This document shows positions 7,919 through 15,245 of a stretch of DNA of 33,535 bases, one piece after another. The translations under genes and the position numbers were made by a program. This stretch comes from Actinomycetota bacterium (lineage in GTDB: Bacteria; Actinomycetota; Acidimicrobiia; IMCC26256; VFJJ01): contig VFJJ01000026.1 of assembly GCA_009886115.1 (NCBI GenBank), positions 62,001-95,535 of the forward strand, read 5' to 3'. The notes beneath the pieces are model-generated. The model saw only the letters and a program-made list of their open reading frames with translations. It searched no databases and had not been told where the DNA came from. Numbering within the stretch: position 1 is the first letter of the stretch; the number at the start of each line of letters is the position of its first letter.

Positions 7919-9388
7919 ATGAGCCACCGTACGTCGGCCGAGGTGCGGGCCGGACTCGACCATCCGGTCGTCGACGCCGACGGGCACTTCGTCGAGCTGG
8001 CCCCGCTGATGCACGACGAGATCACGGCGTACCTGGAGGAAGCCGGCGGTGCCGCGCTGCGCGACCGCTACCTGGCGGGTGCTGCGGCGCCCACCGACAC
8101 GTCGTCGATCCTTGCGGGACGGTCGCTCTCGGGTGCGGCCGATTCGTGGTCGGCGATGCCGTCGTGGTGGGGATGGCCGGCCGAACGCTGGCGCGACCGG
8201 GCCACCGCGCACCTCCCAGCGCTGCTGTACGAGCGGCTCGACGAGATGGGCATCGACTTCACGGTGTTGTACCCGTCGATGTCGCTCGCGTTTCTCGAGC
8301 TGGCCGATGAGGAGCTGGCGCCGGCGTTGTGCCGTGCGGTCAATCGGATGAACGCCCGGGCCTTTGCGAAGTACTCCGACCGGACGACCGTCGGGGCGCT
8401 CATCCCCATGCTCACACCCGAGATGGCCGTGGCCGAGTTGCGCTACGCCGTCGAGGTGCTGGGCGCCAAAGCCGCGGTGATGGCCGGATACGCCAAGCGC
8501 CCGATCGGCCGTCTCGAACGCGAGCACGGAGCGCTGTCGCCGAGCGTGTACCGCCTCGACCACTTCGGCCTCGACAGCGCCCACGACTACGACCCGTTCT
8601 GGCAGGCCTGCTGCGACCTCCAGATCGCCCCGGTCTCACACAGCTCGGTCCAGTACCACGACCTCAGCCGATCGGTGTCGAGCTACGTGTACAACCACGT
8701 CGACGGGCTGGCCAAGTGCCATGAGGCCTTGGCGAAGTCGTTGTTCCTCGGCGGGGTCACGGCCCGGTTCCCCAAGCTGCGTCTGGGTTTTCTGGAAGGC
8801 GGCGTGGCCTGGGCCTGCTCGTTGTACGCCGGGCTCCAGGGCCATTGGGACAAGCGCAACGGCGCCGAGATCGGCTCGCTCGACCCGGCACAGCTCGACG
8901 TCGAGCAGGTGATGCACGCCGTAGCCGCGTACGGCGATCCGGCGACGGTGGCGGCGAGCGACCGGATCAGGGCCTGGCTGTCGGCGCCCGCGGCACGTCC
9001 GGCCGAGCTCGACGAGTTCGCAGCCGTCGGGGCCGGCACGTCCGAGGAGTTGCGCGACCGCTTCGTGCCCAGCTTCTACTTCGGCTGCGAGGCCGACGAT
9101 CCTTTGGTGCCGTGGGCCTTCGACGCCGGGCTCAATCCGGAGGGGGCGCAGCTGCGGGCCATGATCGGCTCCGACATCGCCCATTGGGACGTGCGAGACA
9201 TGAGCGAGCCCATCGCCGAGGCGCACGAGGCTGTCGAGAAGGGCCGCATGTCGGCGGATGCCTTCCGCGACTTCTCGTTCGTCAACCCGCTGCGCCTCCA
9301 CATGGGCATGAACCCGGCGTTCTTCGACGGCACCGTCGTCGAGGCGGCTGCCCGTGCTGCGCTGGAGGCCGGCGAGGTCATGTCGTGA
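7919..9388 (+). CDS. Metal-dependent amidohydrolase superfamily protein (Amidohydro_2-like)
   Basis: 489 aa. VVDADGH metal motif, RLDEMGIDFTVLYPS, YDPFWQAC, GGVTARFPKLRLGFLEGGVAW and GSDIAHWD. Confidence 0.88.
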   Translation: MSHRTSAEVRAGLDHPVVDADGHFVELAPLMHDEITAYLEEAGGAALRDRYLAGAAAPTDTSSILAGRSLSGAADSWSAMPSWWGWPAERWRDRATAHLPALLYERLDEMGIDFTVLYPSMSLAFLELADEELAPALCRAVNRMNARAFAKYSDRTTVGALIPMLTPEMAVAELRYAVEVLGAKAAVMAGYAKRPIGRLEREHGALSPSVYRLDHFGLDSAHDYDPFWQACCDLQIAPVSHSSVQYHDLSRSVSSYVYNHVDGLAKCHEALAKSLFLGGVTARFPKLRLGFLEGGVAWACSLYAGLQGHWDKRNGAEIGSLDPAQLDVEQVMHAVAAYGDPATVAASDRIRAWLSAPAARPAELDEFAAVGAGTSEELRDRFVPSFYFGCEADDPLVPWAFDAGLNPEGAQLRAMIGSDIAHWDVRDMSEPIAEAHEAVEKGRMSADAFRDFSFVNPLRLHMGMNPAFFDGTVVEAAARAALEAGEVMS

Positions 9389-10407
9389 GCGCCAACGCGC
9401 CCGAGCGTCCCGCCACGGTTCCGTTGCGGTCGGTCCTGTTCGTCCCCGGGTCCGAGGCCGACGAGCTCGACGCCGCCCTCGACTCCGGCGCCGATGCGCT
9501 CGTCATCGATCTCGAGGAGCCGCGCACACCGTTCACCGACACCGACCGGGTGGCCGCCCGATCGCTCGTCCGACGCTTCCTCGGCGACGGTCGCAGCGGC
9601 GCTGGCATGGGCGGTCACGGAGACGGCGGCGCCCGGCCGGGTACCGACGCTCACACCAACGCCACGCCCGTCCTCTTCGCCCGGGTCAACGGGCCGTGGA
9701 CCGGGCGGATGCTCGGTGACCTGCGAGCGGTGCTGGGCCCGTCGCTCACCGGGATCCTGCTCCCGAAGATCACCGGTCCCGACGACGTGATCGCCGCCGA
9801 CGCCCTCCTCCTGAACATGGAGCACGAGCTGGGCCTACCGGTCGATCGCACGATCATCTACCCGATACTCGAGACGGCCCAGGCCATCCGCAATGCCTAC
9901 GACATCGCCATGGCGTCACCCCGCGTCGCGTACATGGGCGGAGCCATCTCCCGCTTCGGCGACATCCACCAGGCCCTCGGCTACCGGTGGACGGCCGAGG
10001 GCCGCGAGACGCTCCACGTGCGATCCCGGGTCCTGGTCGACGCCAAGGCGGCCGGAATCCGTTACCCGATCTCGGGGATGTGGGGCGGGCCGGTCGACGA
10101 TCTCGACGGGCTCCGAGCCTTCGCGAGCGAGCTCCGCGACCTCGGCTACTACGGGATGATGCTGGGGCACGCCGCGCACATCGAGGTCGTGCACGACGTC
10201 TTCACGCCCTCGGTCGCCGAGGTGGCGCTGTGGCAGGAGCTCGTCGACCTGGCCGACCGAGCGGCCGTGGAGGGCGGAGGCCCCATCCGACGAGACGACC
10301 CCGACTCGGGCGAGCTCCAGGTGGTCCACCTGGCCCATGTGGGTTCGGCGCGCCTGAACCTCGAATGGGCCCAAGCCCTTCCCGCCAGCGCCACGGAGCC
10401 ACGGTAG
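9385..10407 (+). CDS. HpcH/HpaI aldolase / citrate lyase beta (CitE-like) acyl-CoA lyase family protein
   Basis: GTG at 9385 overlaps the upstream TGA (GTGA); 340 aa. RSVLFVPGS, GADALVIDLEE, ARVN, GILLPK, ILETA and RSRVLVDAKAAG. Confidence 0.88.
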   Translation: MSANAPERPATVPLRSVLFVPGSEADELDAALDSGADALVIDLEEPRTPFTDTDRVAARSLVRRFLGDGRSGAGMGGHGDGGARPGTDAHTNATPVLFARVNGPWTGRMLGDLRAVLGPSLTGILLPKITGPDDVIAADALLLNMEHELGLPVDRTIIYPILETAQAIRNAYDIAMASPRVAYMGGAISRFGDIHQALGYRWTAEGRETLHVRSRVLVDAKAAGIRYPISGMWGGPVDDLDGLRAFASELRDLGYYGMMLGHAAHIEVVHDVFTPSVAEVALWQELVDLADRAAVEGGGPIRRDDPDSGELQVVHLAHVGSARLNLEWAQALPASATEPR

Positions 10408-10432
10408 GCCTCGAACGTGGCGTCGAAGTTGC

Positions 10433-10458
10433 CGTCGCTCACGACGACGTGAGCGACG
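10433..10458. terminator. Perfect 11-bp stem / 4-nt loop hairpin at the junction of convergent genes
   Basis: cgtcgctcacg-acga-cgtgagcgacg. It overlaps the regulator stop codon and has no U-tract. Confidence 0.5.
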
Positions 10459-13400
10459 AGCCCCGTTCCCTGCCCTGCGATGCGGCCAGCGCTCGAATCG
10501 CGGCGACGATCTGCTCGATGACGACGGAGGTCGGCTGCGTGCGGCCCTGCTCCGCTGCGTCGGTGAACCGGGCCTCGCCCAAGCGTTCGCGAAGATCGTC
10601 GACCACGGCGGCCAGGTTGGCGGCCGCGGCGGGCTCGAAGGGAAAGGCGCGCACGGCGCCGGCTTGTTCGAGCGCGCCGTGGATGGTCGCAGCCAGCTCA
10701 TCCGCGCCCAGCAGGTGACAGATGCCGAGCACATGACGCAACGACAGCCATTGGTTGGCCCAGTCGCCGGCCCGGTGCCATGCGGTGATCACGTCGGCGA
10801 ACGCCGTGAGCGCCGCGAGCGGCTCACCCTCGTTGGCTCTCAGCCAGAGGGTCTCGGTGCGAGCGAACAGCTCGAACCACACGTTGCCGACGTCGTTGGC
10901 GATGGCTTCGCTGTGCTGGAGCTCCTTCTTGGCCTGGGTCGGTCGGGTGGTCGCCAACCAGATGCCCCGCGCGTACGCAGCTTGGGCCAGGGCCGTGGGA
11001 TTGCGGCACTGCGATGCTGCCACGGCCGCTCGCTCCGCGTAGACGAGGCCGGCGTCGACACCGGCGGTGCTGGTCTCCGACAGCGAGCGCATGTAGCAGG
11101 CATGAGCGATTCGAGCTTCGTCGCCCGAGGCCACGGCGCCCTCGACCAGGCGCGCCAGGGCAGCCTGCGACCGTTCGGGGTCAGCGCGAAAGACATAGGC
11201 GTTGCTGAGGGCCCGCTCGGCCAGGCCCAAGGTGTCGGTGCCGTACCGGCTGGCCGAGGCGATCGACCGCTCGCCGAGATCGATGGACGCGTCGATCTCG
11301 CCCCGCACGAACCGACCGTACGCAACGATGCCCCAGGCTGCGGCTGCGAGCGGCTGGGTTTCGGCACCCTCATGCGCCAATGCGGCTTCGGCCCAGCCGA
11401 TCAGCTCGTAGCGGAGCCGGCGGAACGCGTGCTCGCGTGCCGCGACGACGATGCGGAACGCCGTCTCGAGATCATTGGTGTGCAATGCGTTCCGTACCGC
11501 GAGCCGGAGGTCGTCGAACAGGCGGTCGAAGGCACGGTGCCAGGCGCGTTCATCGACATCGTGGAGGCCAGCGGCTCCGCGTTCGCACATCTCGGCGATC
11601 CAGGCGCCGTGGCGCGCCGCGAGCTCCGGCCCTTCCGCATCCGACAGCGAGCCACCGTAGGCGCGAAGGGTTTCGAGCAGGCGGTACGTCGTGCGGGGAC
11701 CGGCGACGGCTTGGACCATCGACTTGTCGACGAGGGAGCCCATCATCAAGGCAACGGAGTCACGCGGCACATCCCCGTAGCCGCAGACCTGTTCCACGGC
11801 TTCGAGGTCGAACGAACCGGCAAAGATGGACAACCGTCGGAAGAGCTGCTGCGCCCCGGGGTCGAGGAGCTGGTACGACCAGTCGACGAGCACCTTGAGT
11901 GAGCGGTGGCGCTGATCGGACACCCGGCTCGAGCCAGCCAGCAGGCTGAAGCGATCGCCGAGGCGTTGGATCATCTCGGTCGGGGAGAGCGCCCGGGTTC
12001 GAGCTGCGGCCAACTCGATGGCGAGCGGGATCCCGTCGAGATGCCGGCACAGATCGGCGACGGCGCCAACGGTGAGCTCGTCGGGATCGAAGTCGGGGTT
12101 CGCGGCCTGGGCGCGTCGCATGAAGAGCGCGACCGCAGGCGACGCCAGAGTCTCGGCCGCCGAGCACCCGTCCTGGGCAACGGGTAACGCCAGGACCTTG
12201 TAGACCGTTTCGCCGGGGATGGCGAGCGGCTCTCGGCTGGTGGCGAGCACCCGGACATCGGGACAGACCCGGAGCAGCCGCTCAGCGAAGCCGGCGATGG
12301 TGTCGAGGACATGCTCGCAGTTGTCGAGCACCAACAGGAGCGGTCGAGCGCCCGCCACGCCCAGCAGATCGAGCACCGACTCCGTCACGGACCGCCCTTG
12401 TTGGGTCTGTACGCCGAGCTGGGTCGCCAACGCCGCGACGACGCTCTGGTCGTCACGGACGCGGGTCAGCTCGACCGTCTCGCTTCGGAGGCCGTGACGG
12501 CCCACCAGCTCGGCGGCCGCCCGCACGGCCAGCTGCGTCTTGCCGATGCCACCCGGGCCGAGCAAGGTCACGAGCGGTCGGCGCGAACAGAGCTCGACGA
12601 TGCTCGCCAGATCCTCGTCGCGGCCGATGAGCGACACGGTGCCAGCATCGAACGCCACGACATCTCCGCCACCAGACGGGCTGGGTGCGGGCAGGGTGGC
12701 CAGCGTGGCCGGACGCGAGGGTCTGCGGAGGTGAGCCGCGTCCATGACCACGTCGCGCTCGAGGGCGACGAGCTCCACCGAGGGGTCGAGACCGAGATCG
12801 TCTCGGAGTCGGACCCGGTACTCGTTCGCAGTGCGGAGAGCGTCGCCCTGGCGTCCTGCACGGTGCAGCGCCAAGATCAGCTCCCGCCACGGCCTCTCTC
12901 GCCACGGATGATCGACGGTGATCGCCTCGGCCTCGCTGGCGGCTCGCTCGTCGAGGCCCAGCGCCAGCAAGGCGGTCACTCTCGACTCGCGGGCATGGAG
13001 GCGCAACTCGGCCAGCCTGGCCACCTCGGCCAGCGCCCACCACTCGTTGGCGAACTCGGCGAACGCGTCGCCGCGCCACTGGGCCAGCGCCTCGTCCAGC
13101 AGGGCCACCGACCGCTCGGGCGAGCGCTCCAGCTGCTCCAACCCCGCTGCGAGGGTGGCTTCGAAGCGGTCGACGTCGGTCGTCGCCGGTTCGACGCTGA
13201 GCTGGTAACCGGGTGCCCGGCTCACCAGTCGAGCCGACGACGGCAGGAGTCGGCGCAGGCGGGACACGTACGCCTGGAGGGTGGGAACGGCGCTTTCGGG
13301 AGCATCGTCGCCCCACACCACCTCGACGAGACGTTCGGTGGTGACGACCGCGTTCCGATACAGGATCAGCGCGCCCAGCAGCCGCCGCGGCTTGGCTCCA

Positions 13401-13504
13401 CCGACGTGGACCCGTCGACCATCGAGGTTGATGGAGATGGAGCCGAGGACGCACAGCGTCGCGACCTGGTTGCCGCCGTCCGCTGCTGGCGCCGCTTCAG
13501 CCAC
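10439..13504 (-). CDS. AfsR/SARP-family regulator (OmpR-type wHTH + BTAD + STAND ATPase + TPR-like region)
   Basis: GTG at 13504 preceded by AAGGAGG; 1021 aa. LCVLGSI...PRRLLGAL...LQAYVSRLRR wHTH, DVDRFE...ALAQWRG BTAD, LIGRDEDL, Walker A GPGGIGKT, LLVLDNCEH, ATSREPL and LDGIPLAIELAA. Confidence 0.92.
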   Translation of the reverse strand: MAEAAPAADGGNQVATLCVLGSISINLDGRRVHVGGAKPRRLLGALILYRNAVVTTERLVEVVWGDDAPESAVPTLQAYVSRLRRLLPSSARLVSRAPGYQLSVEPATTDVDRFEATLAAGLEQLERSPERSVALLDEALAQWRGDAFAEFANEWWALAEVARLAELRLHARESRVTALLALGLDERAASEAEAITVDHPWRERPWRELILALHRAGRQGDALRTANEYRVRLRDDLGLDPSVELVALERDVVMDAAHLRRPSRPATLATLPAPSPSGGGDVVAFDAGTVSLIGRDEDLASIVELCSRRPLVTLLGPGGIGKTQLAVRAAAELVGRHGLRSETVELTRVRDDQSVVAALATQLGVQTQQGRSVTESVLDLLGVAGARPLLLVLDNCEHVLDTIAGFAERLLRVCPDVRVLATSREPLAIPGETVYKVLALPVAQDGCSAAETLASPAVALFMRRAQAANPDFDPDELTVGAVADLCRHLDGIPLAIELAAARTRALSPTEMIQRLGDRFSLLAGSSRVSDQRHRSLKVLVDWSYQLLDPGAQQLFRRLSIFAGSFDLEAVEQVCGYGDVPRDSVALMMGSLVDKSMVQAVAGPRTTYRLLETLRAYGGSLSDAEGPELAARHGAWIAEMCERGAAGLHDVDERAWHRAFDRLFDDLRLAVRNALHTNDLETAFRIVVAAREHAFRRLRYELIGWAEAALAHEGAETQPLAAAAWGIVAYGRFVRGEIDASIDLGERSIASASRYGTDTLGLAERALSNAYVFRADPERSQAALARLVEGAVASGDEARIAHACYMRSLSETSTAGVDAGLVYAERAAVAASQCRNPTALAQAAYARGIWLATTRPTQAKKELQHSEAIANDVGNVWFELFARTETLWLRANEGEPLAALTAFADVITAWHRAGDWANQWLSLRHVLGICHLLGADELAATIHGALEQAGAVRAFPFEPAAAANLAAVVDDLRERLGEARFTDAAEQGRTQPTSVVIEQIVAAIRALAASQGRERGSSLTSS

Positions 13505-13513
13505 ACGACCTCC

Positions 13514-13586
13514 TTGATTGGCTGGCGCTGATTGGCTGGCGCTTGATTGGCTGGCGCTGATTGGCTGGCGCTGGACTGGCTGGCGC
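13514..13586. repeat. Tandem array of a 14-bp unit TGATTGGCTGGCGC (4 exact copies + 1 variant; higher-order 29-bp unit x2)
   Basis: Units at 13515, 13529, 13544 and 13558; variant TGGACTGGCTGGCGC at 13572. 13514-13542 is identical to 13543-13571. Confidence 0.95.
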
Positions 13587-13616
13587 CGAGCGCCTCCCGG
13601 GAGCACGACACTCGCA

Positions 13617-13678
13617 TCCTTGCCGATCCTGGCTGCTCCTTGCAGATCTGCAAAGAGAGGTGCAGGTGATGTGCAAGG
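13617..13678. promoter_or_regulatory. Candidate operator cluster: palindrome TTGCAGATCTGCAA plus TGCA(A/G)-type direct repeats
   Basis: Perfect 14-bp palindrome at 13640-13653. TGCAAAG at 13649, TGCAGGT at 13661 and TGCAAGG at 13672 (12/11-bp spacing). Reverse-oriented GCAAGGA at 13617-13623 and 13637-13643. Confidence 0.5.
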
Positions 13679-13699
13679 CGACGGGAGGACCATGGGGCC

Positions 13700-14563
13700 A
13701 TGACGAGCATGACCACTTCACCAGAGACCACATCCCCGGTGACTGCCACCCACCAACCCGACCTCGTCGCTGTGAAGGCCCGTCAACAGCGAACCTGGGC
13801 CGCCGGCGACTACGCCGTCGTCGGGGCAACGCTGCAGATCGTCGGTGAGCAGCTCTGCGAAGCCGCCGACGTCGGGCCCGACGATCGAGTGCTCGACGTG
13901 GCCACCGGCAACGGCGGGACGGCCATCGCCGCGGCCCGGCGCGGCTGCGACGTGGCCGGTGTCGACTACGTCCCGGCCCTGCTGGAGCGGGCGCGCCAGC
14001 GCGCCGCAGCCGAGGGTTTCACGGTCGCTTTCGACGAAGCCGACGCCGAGGACCTCCCGTACCCCGACGCCTCGTTCGACCATGTGCTCTCCACGTTCGG
14101 CGTGATGTTCACCGCCGACCAGCAACGAGCCGCCGCCGAGCTCCTCCGGGTCTGCCGGCCGGGAGGGACCATCTCGCTGGCGAACTGGACTCCCGACGGG
14201 TTCATCGGTCAGCTGTTCAAGACCATCGGAGCGCACAACCCGCCCCCTGCAGGAGCAGCGTCGCCGGCGCTGTGGGGAACCGAGCCGCACCTCCGCACGC
14301 TGCTCGGAGCCGGGATCGTCGACCTTCGGATCGTCCGGCGCGACTACGTCTTCCGGTATCGCTCGGCCGAGCATTTCCTGGACGTGTTCCGCACCTACTA
14401 CGGCCCGATGCTGAAGGCCTTCGAGGCGCTCGACGACGCCGGGCGGGACGCCCTCGCCGGCGACATCCGCCAACTGCTGACGAACCTGAACACCTCGCCC
14501 GAGTACCTCCGCATCCCTGCGGCCTATCTCGAGGTCGTGGCCACCAGAGCTCCAGCGTCGTAA
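13700..14563 (+). CDS. Class I SAM-dependent methyltransferase (UbiE/Methyltransf_11-like)
   Basis: 287 aa. Motif I VLDVATGNG, GVDY, DAEDLPYPDASFDHV and ELLRVCRPGG. GGAGG upstream; the start may instead be ATG 13709. Confidence 0.92.
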   Translation: MTSMTTSPETTSPVTATHQPDLVAVKARQQRTWAAGDYAVVGATLQIVGEQLCEAADVGPDDRVLDVATGNGGTAIAAARRGCDVAGVDYVPALLERARQRAAAEGFTVAFDEADAEDLPYPDASFDHVLSTFGVMFTADQQRAAAELLRVCRPGGTISLANWTPDGFIGQLFKTIGAHNPPPAGAASPALWGTEPHLRTLLGAGIVDLRIVRRDYVFRYRSAEHFLDVFRTYYGPMLKAFEALDDAGRDALAGDIRQLLTNLNTSPEYLRIPAAYLEVVATRAPAS

Positions 14564-14631
14564 CCGCAGCCCGCACCAGCAATCCGACAGCTATCGGCGC
14601 AGTCCGGCGCCAATCACAGGAGGACGATCAC

Positions 14632-15021
14632 ATGCGTATCGCCAAGCACGACGTACCGGTGAAGATCGAGGTTCCGGGAGCCACGGCCCGTCAGGTCCCC
14701 GATTTCGGTGACGCCACCGGCTTCGGGGTGATCGGCGGGGAGTACTTCTCCCTCGGCGCCGGTACCGACATCGCCCCGCTCCTGCAGGGTCTCGACGGCG
14801 ACGCCTGCCACGCACCACATTGGGGATACCTGATCTCCGGCGACCTCGTCGTCTCGTACACCGACGGGACCGAGGACACGTGCACGGGCGGCGACCTCTT
14901 CCATTGGCCTCCCGGCCACAGCGTTCGGGTCACGAGCGACGCCGAGGTGGTGCTCTTCAGCCCACAGAAGGAGCACACCGAGGTGATGGACCACATGCTC
15001 GCCAAGATCGCCGGTTCGTGA
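14632..15021 (+). CDS. Cupin-domain protein
   Basis: ATG at 14632 with AGGAGG RBS; 129 aa. Cupin motifs CHAPHWGYLISG and GDLFHWPPGH. Confidence 0.85.
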   Translation: MRIAKHDVPVKIEVPGATARQVPDFGDATGFGVIGGEYFSLGAGTDIAPLLQGLDGDACHAPHWGYLISGDLVVSYTDGTEDTCTGGDLFHWPPGHSVRVTSDAEVVLFSPQKEHTEVMDHMLAKIAGS

Positions 15022-15128
15022 CCTGTGCGGGCTCCGTCGTGCTCACGGCGCCCGAGCTACGCACGACATCAGGGGGCTCCGACACAGGCGGGCTCCGACG
15101 TCAGAACCCGGCACCGGGAACGTCGCAG

Positions 15129-15215
15129 CACCCGGCGGCGAGCTTCAGGGCGGCGATGGGCGACCTGCTCGACGCCGTTTCGAGCCCCGGCGCGCTCACC
15201 CGCACCGTGACGACG
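15129..15215 (+). pseudogene. Possible internal fragment of a TIGR03086/DinB-like (MDMPI-related) gene
   Basis: Reads HPAASFRAAMGDLLDAVSSPGALTRTVTT, which resembles from memory the DPxxAYRAAxxxLLxAFxxPGALxRTV segment of that family. No credible start. Confidence 0.35.
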
Positions 15216-15245
15216 TCCACGTGTTCAGGCTCGGCGTCCCAACCG

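Noticed and set aside
10149..10442. Minus-strand ORF (MSDGNFDATFEAY...) apparently GTGA-coupled to the regulator
   Set aside because: It mostly overlaps the CitE-like gene antisense, its start lies within the hairpin, and it has no recognisable motif.
13514..13586. CRISPR array or plasmid iterons
   Set aside because: The units are contiguous with no spacers and only 14 bp long; there is no cas or rep gene in the window.
7919..15245. Named mobile element or genomic island
   Set aside because: I found no integrase, transposase, tRNA anchor, terminal inverted repeats or target-site duplication.
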